Source: Euglena gracilis (taxonomy: Eukaryota). From it: a stretch of 64,000 nucleotides of DNA. A model generated the notes under the pieces. It did not search any database. It had not been told where the DNA came from and worked only from the letters and a program-made list of their open reading frames with translations. The stretch spans positions 34,693,737 to 34,757,736 of the forward strand of contig CP154954.1 in the NCBI GenBank assembly GCA_039621445.1. The letters run 5' to 3'. Of this stretch, positions 11,801 through 22,820 are shown piece after piece (position 1 is the stretch's first letter; the number at the start of each line of letters is the position of its first letter). Position numbers and translations under genes: made by a program.

Positions 11801-14800
11801 CAGACCAGCTTGCCGTCGTGCCAATGGCTACAGCTGGTGGACTGGAATACCACGAACGTCTCAGCAGACAAGGGTCACATGCCAAAGATCAGGTTGCTTT
11901 CACTCATGTCTCAAAAAAAAATCCGCCGTGCATTCCCCTGGGATTAAAGGCAGTTCATCAAATTTGATTTGCTTCACTGCGTCTCTGAAATGCATCACTG
12001 GCAAACCCATATTGATTGGGACCGCAGGTCTTCTGAACCAAGAGTGTTTTGGCCCCACCAGGCTGAAATTGACCAACCCCGGGGGAGGGGCTCTCAAAGT
12101 GCCCCGGAGTGCCTGGGCACTGGGGGGGGGGGTCGGTGCCTGCCTGATTGTGGGCCAAAAAATTGCCCAAAATGGCCTTTTCTGGGCTTCCGGCGCCTTT
12201 GGCGCTGGAAATGTGTCGGAGTGCCAGGCACCTTTGGCCATATGCCCTACCTCCCGGGGGGGGATCTAGGTGCCTTGGAGTGCCTGCCCAGGCAGGCAAC
12301 CCCCACGGTGGGGTCGACACCGCCTTAAAATTCACCGCAAACAAACTTTCAACGGCACCACAGATGTCAAAATCATTTTTTTTCGCCCTTGGAATATGTG
12401 GAGTACGACTATACCCATTCCCTAAGGACCACAAAACCCCAAAGCTAAATTGAAGCATCCTGTGGCCAAACGTCATGAAAATTGTCGTTTCTGACAAAAT
12501 TGTACAACAGAGTGTTGTTGAATCTCCATTCCACGAGGACTCCCTCCCCTAAAAATCCCACGAGGCTGCTCTTTGAAACAGTCCATTTTAAAATTCACCA
12601 AGAGTTGCAAAACGGTCTGCTACAGCAGAACAGTGGTCCCCTTTGTTATTGCCCCCCACAGTGATGTCCGACTTCCTTTCGAGATCTTGGGCAATGCAAA
12701 GCTGGATCAATTCTCAAGACTGACTGGTTGGCGACCTTTCCTTTGCACTCTGGTTTGGGGACGCCTTGGGAAAACAACAAGTGTGCGCGGGGAGTGAAAA
12801 TCGGAGAGGTAAACTATGACCCTTTCTGTGCCCTGCATAGACGGAGCTATTAAAAAGAAAGATTCCTCCGTTGGTTCCATTGGTCCTGGAGCTGGCAAAG
12901 CCCTGGTGGTGTGCGTGCGTGGTGCAGGTCCCGGCAAAGCGGAAGCAACTGCAGTTTGTCACCGGGAGAAAATACCGCTCCCATGTGTGGGGGGTCTGGC
13001 CTTCCGCATAGCGCTGAAGAGCAGACAGAGAAGATACAGAAGAGGCAAATAATTTCTAACCTACTGAACTTAGCACCTCTGAAAGAGTTAAGATGACACG
13101 CAAATATTGAACCATGAAGGTCAACATCGGGGAAGATTGCTGACTGAACCTCTAACCAGAACGGGTGCCTTCTGCTGTGGGGTGCCTGACTATAACGTGT
13201 ACCGACTGTGACATCCTTTCAAAGACAGAGTGGATTTTTGGGCTTGGTTGGGTTCGAACCAGGCAGAGCTCCTTTAAAAATGGCCATTTTTGCCTGCTGC
13301 ACCAAACTGAGTGCTATCGCATTACTCACCTCAAACTATGGGGGTTCGTTCGAAAATGCCTCCCTCCCCTTCCTGCCAATAGAACCACAAAAATTGGTTC
13401 TCAAAACAACCTGTTTCGAAACATGCATGGTGATTGTCGAACGTTTTTTGACATGACGACTGTTTCAAAAAAAAGGATCCAAGGCTTCAATTGTTTCAGG
13501 CTATATTCCCCCCCCCAAAACACTAGATGGGCAGTTAAACACCCCAAATAACAGCCTCCCAAATAACGCCCCCTCCCCCCCCAAATAACACAACCCCCTC
13601 GGGAGCCGATTTCGAACGCCCAAATGACCCCTCCCCGTGTTTTCCTTTGGTTTTCTATGTAAAAATAACCCCCCAAATAACCCCCCCCCCCCCCCGGGGC
13701 CCCAGCTCGAGCGCCAAAATAACACACCAGGGGGGGGGGGAGGGGGGTCCGGGGGTCCCCCGAACTTGAAAGAATTTTCCTCCGGCGCTGCGCGCCGAGG
13801 TGGTAATGAAGTTTTTAATAGGGTTTTGGCTGATTTTGTTCCAAAAATTCCCAAAAATGGCCAAAAACGGGCATTTTTAGCCATTTTGGGGGGTCCAAAA
13901 TTTTTTTGGTCACTGGAAAAAAATCCACTAGCTAGCCCTGCTAGCAGACCCCCCCCAGGGGGGGTCTGCTAGAAATCCCACTAGCCAAATTTGGACTAGC
14001 TGCAGTCCAGCCCCTCCCCCCCCCCGGGGGGGGGTACTGCAATCCCTTAAGCAAAAGCCTGGTCAGCATGCAGTCAGTAAAAAAAAAAACTCAATAATAA
14101 GAAATGAAGAGAGGGGCACCAAATCCGTGGTCGGCACAAACCCTTCCGATGCACACCCATTCCGAATGGCTGAGCTGCAAAATGAGGCCCTCCTGCATGG
14201 CCATCCCCAACGCCCAAGAGATCAGGTGCACCTCGGCCCCGAGGCCCTGGTTCAGCAGTCAGCGAAATTCCCATGCCGAGAACTGACCCGCATTGCCCCC
14301 CCCTCCCCCGGAAGAATTCTTCTCCTGACCAACACATCAGCAAGAGGGTGTGATGTTGAAAAATGCAATACAGTTAGCATTGCTCACCTGGTAGGGGGAG
14401 AAGAAAAAAACGACGACTGATGAACACACTGGACTGCATAGCACAGAAATCATTGGAACACAAAAAACCTCTGCCGGCGACAATTGCATATGCGAGGGTT
14501 CTGGTGAAGGAATATGGATGCCTGAGCCTCCACTGTGCCAGGTAACGTTTGCCCAGTTCTGGTCAACCATGGCGCAAGACCTGAGATGATGTGGCACATG
14601 TAAACCCCACCCCAAGCAACCCGGCGGGGCGCCAAATCACTGGAGCCATCTTTTCACCTTCCCCTTCTTTCAGTGCTGTAAGACTTTTGCCTGAAAGAGG
14701 GGTGCCAGGTTACTGGAACCATTTTTTTTTTGGCTTGCCCCCCCGCCAAATTATTTGGGCACTGCCAGGCATGCAGGAAGACACACACAAAAGCCACCAG

Positions 14801-15894
14801 CAGGGCTTCAGGGTTTCTCTAAGAACCCCCGAGAGGTAATGCTTGAAGCTGAAAAATGTGGGCTGGCTGCAAAATAAAAATGCTGGCTGCCCCTCCTCAA
14901 AGCCCAAATGGGGGGGGGCAGCCTATACCCAAAAAAAATCCTGGCCCCAGGATAAGTTTGCAATTCCGAAGTTCACTTCAGAAGTCGGCATCAGCAACAC
15001 CCTTGCTACCCACACATCATTCTAGCCCAAGGGCAGTGCTGTGCGGGAGGGCTTCGTCGACACCCGCCCGGGAGGTGGGAAGGAGGGTGGATCACTCCCT
15101 CACCAACTATGACATGTCGCAAGAAAACATCACCGGCGCCGAAAGCGTCGAAGGAAAAAGGGGGTTGTCGGGGAAGCCGAACTCCCCATCTGGACGGGTG
15201 GAGGCGGAATACCAACGCCGTCCCACGACACATTGCCCAGCACAAACGGCGGCCAGCGATGTGCCAAGGACTCCTGGGCAGGCTCGCCCGGCGGGTGAGA
15301 GGTTCTTTGGTCTCCAGCCCGCACCAGCCAGGGAACACACAACACATGCTGGGGAGGGGAGTTGGTATTGGGGTGCCTGGGTGGGGGGGGGCACTGGCTT
15401 TGGGCGGGCCTGGTTTGGGGAACCGTTGGGGGCCGCCCTCCCTGTGGAGGCATTGCTGGGCGTCTCCGGACGGAGCTTGAGGCCAACAGCAGGCTCGGCA
15501 ACAGGGCGGTGGGCTGCACTGCCAAATCCTGGAGGGGGGGGGTCTTTTTGGAGAGGGTGGACCCTTTTACGCGGGGCTTTCAAATCAAAGGACGCCAATG
15601 GGGACCAGTGAGGGCCGGCAAAGCACACACCGTCATCCGAGGAGGGGAGGGACGCGAGGAAGAACGCCAGGCAGCAGAGGGCAGCGGGCAGGGACGCGGG
15701 GACACCGGCCCGTTGTCGTCAGTGGGCGGCTGAAGGCAACGCAGGCGCGGGTGAGTCGCGTGCGCGCCAACTTGAAACGGGGCACGTCGGCACTTTCACG
15801 GAAGCGTTTCCCTTTCGAGGCCAACGCAACCCCGGGGCCCTGCTCGAGGGGGAGCGCGGCAACGGCCAGCCCCCGGGGCGGCATCCCGCGTCAT
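5263..15894 (-). CDS. GT23/FUT8-like alpha-1,6-fucosyltransferase, probably type II membrane; resolved exons 15850-15894, about 15640-15679, 14455 to about 14545, 14157-14260, about 12945-13013, 9825 to about 9870, 9179 to about 9250, 8571-8714, 6508-6635, 5775-5844, 5263-5427; other exons unresolved
   Basis: Motifs occur in the expected GT23 order: N-terminal LCCLAFFLASL; QASIFLHQNPRICNC; NQGLGAEVHLISWALGMA; W-RYAEG..WERYFLPVTNC; WWYAQCARYFWRP; IGMHVRRSDK; FEAYM..IFLTTEDDQVV; NLALHLEAAALVCTMQSNWCRIIDELRR; stop codon at 5263. Confidence 0.88.
5428..5774 (-). other. Nonconventional intron (FUT8-like gene)
   Basis: CGC|acc CGGACCGTTGTT...AACAACACAGTCTG cccgc|ATT; splicing restores NWCR-IIDEL. 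Confidence 0.82.
5845..6507 (-). other. Nonconventional intron (FUT8-like gene) containing a decayed MITE at about 5915-6312
   Basis: TC|gcc CGCGCGTCCACTTC...GAAGCGGCCGTGCG aggcc|G; splicing restores RLS-VGNL. Inner element ends CAGGCTTTTGCT / AGCAGAAGCCTG. Confidence 0.8.
6636..8570 (-). other. Conventional GT-AG intron (FUT8-like gene)
   Basis: CAG|GTGTGC...CCCCTTCCTGGACCACAG|GTG; splicing restores TEDDQ-VVNE. Confidence 0.75.
7100..7465. mobile_element. hAT-like MITE (family A)
   Basis: TIR TAGGGATTGATATAAGG / CCTTATATCGAAAGCTG; perfect 8-bp TSD GGGTTGGG (7092-7099, 7466-7473). Confidence 0.85.
8715..9178 (-). other. Nonconventional intron splitting the HVRRSD-K motif
   Basis: GAC|agc CGGGC...GCCCG ccggc|AAG. 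Confidence 0.82.
8752..8835. repeat. (TG)n microsatellite
   Basis: Direct reading. Confidence 0.95.
9427..9824 (-). other. Nonconventional intron containing a (GACA/GGCA)n tetranucleotide repeat at about 9437-9520
   Basis: TGGC|ggg GGCtGCAG...CTGCtGCT gaatt|GC; splicing restores YFW-RP. Confidence 0.7.
11060..11660. repeat. Degenerate long inverted repeat (foldback) with 10-bp tandem units
   Basis: Arms at about 11064-11088 / 11627-11660 and 11237-11297 / 11548-11610 are approximate reverse complements; CTCAAACGTA-like decamers at 11111-11190. Confidence 0.65.
13014..14156 (-). other. Conventional GT-AG intron (FUT8-like gene) containing MITE fragments
   Basis: TGG|GTGTGC...CTCTTCAG|CGC; splicing restores SEW-RYAEG. 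Confidence 0.82.
14261..14454 (-). other. Nonconventional intron with a G-U-rich stem
   Basis: TTCC|aat GATTTCTGTGC...GCATGGGAATT tcgct|GA. 11 contiguous pairs, 4 of them G-U; splicing restores FVF-RLLNQG. Confidence 0.78.
15680..15849 (-). other. Nonconventional intron 1 (FUT8-like gene)
   Basis: CCC|cct CGAGCAGGGCCCCGGGG...CCCCGCGTCCCTGCCCG ctgcc|CTC; joins the ATG exon in frame to the hydrophobic anchor. Confidence 0.7.
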
Positions 15895-17116
15895 GACGGC
15901 AGCGCAGGGGGCGCTGGGATTCGGACAGGCCAACAGGTCAACCAGAAACCTGCAGGCAGAGAGCCAGGGATTGGGATCTCGGAGGCATCTCGGCGACGAC
16001 ATGGGGGAAGGTGGGTTGGTATGGCCAAGGGGGCCCCGACCCCCCCTCGTCAGGGGGTGTTGGACTCCTTGACAGGCGGTCCAATCGATCTCACGGTATT
16101 CCCCCCTAAAGGGTCAAATTCCTTCTGGTACTTTTTTCCAAAAAAAATGTGAGGTTATCCTTCTTGGTTGTTCTTGGGAGGCAATATTTGACCCCAAAAA
16201 TGCCGAGAGTAATTTGGTTACGGGGGGGGGGGGGATTGTTGTCAAATAAATTGGAGGCGAGAAAATTGGCGGGAAAAATTTGGCGGTCACGGCCAGTCCG
16301 TAATTTTCCAGCTGCCTTTCGGGTGGAAGTTAGGGCCGAAGAAAAAAACTGCTGGCTGGCTGGCCCCGGGGTGGGGTCTTTTTCATCTAAGCGAGACCCA
16401 GGACCCTGAATGACAACAGAAAATGGGAGAGACGCCTGATCCCCACCTTGGCCAGTATATGACCTCAGGGGAAAGAAATAACTTTATTATTTTTATTTTT
16501 TTGGGCAAAATGTTGCATTGGGTACCGCAGGGACTGTTGCAATGTCGCATGTTTTGAAATATCCATTGCCCTTTGGCTATTTGGGTGGTTTTGAGGCAGG
16601 GAGTTCTTGTCTCTTACAAGAGAGGGGCCAGGCCTGGCTCCAACAAGACGTCTCGGAACAAAACCTTTTTGATGTGATAATCTTTCCGCTTTTGGTGTGA
16701 AGATGATTTGTTCATGCTCTAATGGAGATGCTTTGTTTGTGCTGATTTTTTTTTGCTTTCAGCTTTGCGTAGCATGTCAGCCAGGTTTGATGTTATGATG
16801 GTGTTTGGGGTTGGATGCGGCGCCGCCCGCCCCCCCCCCCCCCGACAGCCTTTTACCCCGACAGCCGTTTACAGTGGGGGAATTGGCTGCCAAAAAAATG
16901 GTATGAAAAAAATCGACGGAACAAAATCCTGCCGAACATTGCCATTTTGGCCGATGCCACCAAATTTCTCCACGTCGTTTTTGCCCATATTATTCAAAAA
17001 ATGTGCGCTTTTTTGCGCATTTGTCCCGCATTTTTGTGCATTTTTTGAGCTTCAGATTTGGGTTTGAATTGTGTGGTGAGGCTTCCAATGAGTGGTGTCA
17101 TATATGATATTCAAAT

Positions 17117-17403
17117 GGCAGCCATACTCTAAATGGACCCCCCCTCGGGGGTCCATTTAGAGTGTCCAGGGGGGGATCCATTTTTTTTGCGTTAATGATG
17201 GAATAGGGTTAGGTGCGCGACTTAGGCTTAGGGTTAGGCCTAACTTGTACACCTAACACCCATCTATAAGTTAGGCCTAACCCTAACCCTAAGTCGCGCA
17301 CCTAACCCTATTCCATCATTAACGCAAAAAAACTATTTTGACCCCCTGGACACTCTAAATGGACCCCCCCTCGGGGGGGGGGTCCATTTAGAGTATTGCT
17401 GCC
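17117..17403. mobile_element. Foldback MITE with GG ends and an 8-bp TSD (Merlin-like ends), containing TTAGGG units
   Basis: TIR GGCAGCCATACTCTAAATGGACC / GGTCCATTTAGAGTATTGCTGCC; TSD ATTCAAAT (17109-17116, 17404-17411); nearly the whole element is palindromic. Confidence 0.88.
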
Positions 17404-17513
17404 ATTCAAATTCCTTTTTCATATGATGCCAATTTTTTTTCCAGACTTTCTTCACAAAAAATCCTGCCAAATATCATATTTTCAGCTTTGAGGCTGCCAA
17501 AATGGGGTGAGAA

Positions 17514-18517
17514 CAGACATTCATTCAGTGTGGTTCACAAAAGATGTGCGAACCACAAAATTTTTTTTGTCTCCACAGGTGAACCACAAAAAAAATTTTG
17601 GTGTCCACAAGAAATTTCGTTGCCCACAGAACTTGATTGAGGATCGAAAAAAAAATTAAGCTTTACAACTAAAAGCTGACCTCTTAGCCTTTCAAATTAC
17701 TGCAAGTAACCGTAAATTGCAGGTGTGTAATTTGTAAATCATAATTTGTGCGAAATTTGCAATGCCAGTCTTTTCGGCCACGTGAAAGTCCCATTAAGAG
17801 GTCAGCACTACTCAAACCTCGTCCCCCACCCCCCCTAGTTTCAGAAGGGGGTCCCCTCACCCCCTCCTCTGCGAGGGCAAAAAAAAAAACTTCCGGTTCT
17901 TCGCACCGGGTGTGTATTTTAGAACCCTCTTGAGGCTCAATATAAAAATTTGCACCCAAATGCATGGGTTCCGGGCATGGGGGGCCGGGGGGTCGAAAAC
18001 CGCTCATTTTTGGGTCAAAAATTGTTTTTCCGGGTCCGGGAAACATCGTTTCGGGCAAAATTTCTTTCGATTTTTTCCGATTTTTTTTCGACCTTTTAAC
18101 CCAAGAATAGCCGAAAATGGCTAAATCAAAACAGCCCAAAACTGTACAAAACGGCCCAAATTGGCCGAAAAATGGTCGTAACTCGGGCTGGGCGGGGAGT
18201 TGCAGGGAAATCAAAATACCCTCAGATAGGGCTTCAAAGGGCGTCAGTTCAGGTCGCCGGACGTTTCCTTTGGCTCCCCATCATTTTCGAGAAAATTTAG
18301 AAAAATCAATTTTTGACCAAAATTTTTGGTGTCCACATACATGTGAACCACAAATATATTTTTGGTGTCCACAGGTGAACCACAAAAATTTTTTAGTGTC
18401 CACAGGTGAACCACAAAAAAATTTTTGGTGTCCATACGTGAACCATAAAAGAGCTCTTGGTGTCCACCGTGAACCACAAAATGACAACGTTGGTGTTCCA
18501 CACTAAATGAATGTCTG
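17514..18517. mobile_element. hAT-like non-autonomous element, 1.0 kb
   Basis: TIR CAGACATTCATTCAGTGTGG / CCACACTAAATGAATGTCTG; perfect TSD GGTGAGAA; subterminal tandem repeats of about 33 bp (GTGTCCACAGGTGAACCACAAA); carries a copy of a dispersed repeat at about 17995-18320. Confidence 0.92.
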
Positions 18518-20145
18518 GGTGAGAATGGGCTGACCATTTTTCCGATACCTTTTCCAACCGATTCCCAAGCCCTTGGGGGGGGGGGTTCCATTTTCCCAGA
18601 CCTGACACCAGACCCAGTTCCCCCAAGACCAGCCCACGGAGGCCAGTGGGCATCAGTGTTCCAGCCAGCCCTCAATCCCCAAGCGAAACTGCATTCTGGT
18701 GTGTTAGAGGTGTGTCGCCACCCTCCCTTCTCTTTGAACCCAAGCCCACCTCACCACTCCGACGTCCCAGACACAAGTTTTGTGCGGCTTCCTTGCAAGA
18801 ACACACAAACGCTGGAAGATGACATTCAGTTTTGTTGTTGAGGGTGGATGTGGGCCATAAGAGCCCCTGCCAGGCTCTCACAGGGCACCTCAGGCATGGG
18901 TGTCCCGCCAAAGGCAAAGACAGAAACTGACGCGGCGGGTGGACTCCTCCATGAGTGCGAAGCCCAACAGCGGTGACAGATTGGAGTGAGCCGGTGGACG
19001 GCACTTTTATTAAAATCTTCCTACTTACTTAAAAAAAAAAAACATGACTCCTTACTCCTACTTCTTTTACTTCTCTTCTCCTATTAAAACAAAAACTCCT
19101 TCTCCCTTAGACATCGGTGTTCTGGGTACAAAAAAATTGGTATTGTTGATTAGATTTTCCAGAACAACATATCATTACAGTGAGGTATATCGGCAGAAAT
19201 TGTGCTGGGGTGGGAAGGAAGGGAAATAAAGCACATTGGAGGGAAAACAATGAGAATAGAAAATACCTCCCCCTCCCCTTGTCGTGGACACGCCAATGTT
19301 CCAGGAAAGTGGGGGGGGGTGTCAACGACGTGCTGTGTCAACAGAACGGCACCATAAAAAAAACAGACCGCACCAGCAACAATTGCTATACATATAGCAC
19401 CAGCATACAATTGCCACTGCTATACCTTTGGACCTGTCTCATATTGCACCAAATCACCAAATTCACAGGGGATAGCATTTGAAGCCATGGGTGCGAAGAA
19501 GATCCGACACATTTTGAAGTGTCTTGGCTGATTTCCTTAGAAACTGTGGCCAACGCGAAGGAGAAAACAATGTTCCAGAAAAGTGCTGTTGGGTGTCAAC
19601 GACACACTGTGTCAACGACAAGGGGGGGGATGTAGGAATGCTTCGAATTTTTGCACTCCATTTTTCAACAAAAAAAATGATTATATTGGATGGGGAGTGA
19701 ACGAGGATGGCTAAAAATGGTTTTCTGGACGGTGTTGCAAGGTTCCCTGATTTTGAACATTATCATATTCTATGATGACCAAAATGACGCTTGGTTTGGT
19801 TTGGTTCATCCAAATTCATGTCAAAAGGAGTAAATACCAAACGCAAGTGGCGACTGCTCTGAAATCTCGAATCAAAAATGAAACCCGGGACAAAACAGCT
19901 GGATGGCTGTGAGCATTTCACCTATGGCTTGAAGAAAAAATTTAGCTGAAAAGGTTTCAAAAATAAGTGAAAATCATTACCCACATTTTTTCCCTTAATA
20001 CCTTTAAATTACCATAAAACGAAAAAGCCGCTTATGCATCTGCATTTGGTAGACAAAATAATGGCTCACTGGAATCAATGCAGAAATGGAGCGTGGGTTG
20101 TGATGAATGTGTCCAGGAGGGCATGGTCAGAAGGACAGCAAAGGG

Positions 20146-22789
20146 TTACTTCTTCTTCTTTGGCAGCGAACTGACCTTATCCTCCCTCGCCACAGCGGCC
20201 CAATACCAGCCCTCCTGTTCCTGTTTCAGCCGCTCCATCTTGGCTTCCGCATCCTGGATGGCTGCAGCACTGCTGAGAAAACCTTCAGAACCGTCCCCTC
20301 TAAAAAAAAATGAAAACATCACTTTGTTGCTATTGTGCAAAAAAAAAACGACAGCAAGAGCACGCTTCGAAAGAGATATGGAAAGAATCTCTAACCATGA
20401 AAAAAGAATAACAAAAAGGCGAGAGACAAGCATATTCAAGACTCATCCCCCTAAACTGTTCTGTTGTCCAGTCAAGGAGGTTGGCCCCATAAGATCCGCC
20501 AGGCTTCAAAAGCTGCCGGATATGCTCTGGAGAACCGAGCAGCGACCGCAGCAGCGCTGGGCGGCGTTGAGGGGGGTCAGCTGCTCCCGCATGCGCTCAA
20601 TCTTTTCTTTCAGTTCGACAATCTCCTGCGGAGCAAGACGGGCTATCGACGAAGATATTGTGGCAGGACGCCAGGGTGGGGGGACCCACAACAGCTCACT
20701 GGAACAACAATGACAGATGGGTGTTGGATCAGGTCATTCGCAGGCACGCCAATGGAACAGGAAAGACGGTCCGGTCTGCGCCGCCCCCCCCCCCCATCCC
20801 GGGCGGGCGACCGCCAATCCCCACCTTTTCGTTCTTCTTCTTGTACGTGATCGGGGTCGCCCCCCTCAGCTTCTCCAGCTGGGCGGCGAGCGCCTCCCGC
20901 TGGGCCTCCAACTTGGTCGTCTTCTTACCCTCCGCCTCCGCATCCTTGATGGCCTTCTCTGCCTTCTTCAGCTGCGGAGGGGAAAGGCGAGGCTGGCCCC
21001 GGCGACAGGCGGGGGGGGGGGGGGCTCGGCGGCTTTGGGAGGTCGCCGCGCAGCCGGGCCGCGGGTGGAGGGGAGTGGGATGGGGAGAGCGCTGCCAAAC
21101 CACCACCCCGCGTGTGTCCTTCCGGGGATCAGGGGGAGGGCTATTTGGGGTTGGGCCGGGACGGTTTTCCGACGGGGGGGAGTTGTCGGCTTGGGGGTCG
21201 CGGAGTTGGCATCACAAAGAGAAATGCACATTTCTGCCACCTCCCCATTTGCCCTCCCACATTGGGCCAACCACCAAACTCTGGATCCTGCAACCCACTG
21301 AGGCAACCTCCATTCTTCACTAAGAGAATGTTGGGAATGTTGAAAAGCTTCAATCAGCCGCTTTTGATGGATGAAAAAGCAGACTTCCTCGGCCCCTTGC
21401 ATCCAACTCTTTGATGACACCAGGGGCAAGAGATTTTGGCTGGTCGCTGGGGGAGGAGCAGCAGCGGGGGTACAGGTGCCCCACGATGCAGCTGGGCCAA
21501 AGTTGGGGCTGACTGCAACACCCCCCCCCCCCGTGGTGGGGCTGAAAAGGATCTTTCATGAAAAAGGAAAGTCAAGGGGTGTGGTCGAAATCCAGTGCAC
21601 GCAGGTTTGCGCAATTGAAAGAGACCTTTTCCGTCAGCTCCGTCAAGAGGAGGGCCGCCTCGGCCTTGCTCACCTTCCCCGAATCCAGAAGCACTGCGGC
21701 AAAAACAGTTTGCAATGCTGCAACGCAGCAAACACACCACAAAACAAAGATTTTCTGAAGGAACCAGAGGGGACAGCCGGCCAACTGAAGAAGGTGCAGG
21801 ACCAAAAAAAAGGGTGATGGCAGCCAGGGTTGTGTAAGCTGGGGAGTCCACTAGAGCATTTGGGCTGGCTGGACGAGACGCGCATCCCCTCCCGGGGCCG
21901 GGCCACCGATCAATCCTGCCAGCCTGACCGCCGGGCGAATTCGAAAACCGGCCCGTCCGGAGTCACCCGAACAGGTCGGGAGGGCCAAACCCCTTGTGGG
22001 GGCGGCCCGTTCGGCGGCCTTTATCTTTTTCCCCCTGCCTGTCTTCCGCCTTTGGGAATCGCGCCGGTCGAGGCCCCGGGAGGGGATGCGCGTCGCACGT
22101 GCAGGCGAACCCCCGGCGGACCGGTCCTCACCCTAACCCTACCCGTGCCCAACCCGGTGGGAAGTTTAATACCCCCCTGGGGTATTAAGCTTCCCACCTG
22201 CCATATATATGTATATATACATACATACATACATATATGTATATATACATGCATACATACATACATGCATGCATGCATGCATGCATGCATGCATGCATGC
22301 ATGCATGTATGTATGTATGTGAGTGTGTGTGTGTATGTATGTATGTATGTATGTATGTAGGTATGTATGTATGTATGTATGTATGTATGTATGTATGTAT
22401 GTATGTATGTATGTATGTATGTATGTATGTATGTATGTATGTATGTATGTATGTATGTATGTATGTATGTATGTATGTATGTATGTATGTATGTATGTAT
22501 GCATGTATGTTTGTTTGTATGTATGTATGTATGTATGTATGCATGTATGTATGTATGTATGTATGTATGTATGCATGAATGTATGTATATATATGTGTGT
22601 GTGTATATGTGTATATATATGCATATATATACATATATATATATGTTTATATACATGTATATGTATGTATATATACATATATACACACACATATATATGT
22701 ATACATACATACATACATACATACATACATACATACATACATACATACATACATACATACATACATACATACATACATACATACATACA

Positions 22790-22820
<31 letters not shown>

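Noticed and set aside
11274-12269. 331-aa plus-strand ORF
   Set aside because: Spans foldback and MITE sequence antisense within the FUT gene; no domain-like content.
17203-17310. Telomere or chromosome end
   Set aside because: Only a few degenerate TTAGGG units, internal to a TSD-flanked palindromic element.
18325-18500. Roughly 33-bp repeats resembling a CRISPR array
   Set aside because: No unique spacers and no cas genes; these are subterminal tandem repeats of a TIR element in eukaryotic DNA.
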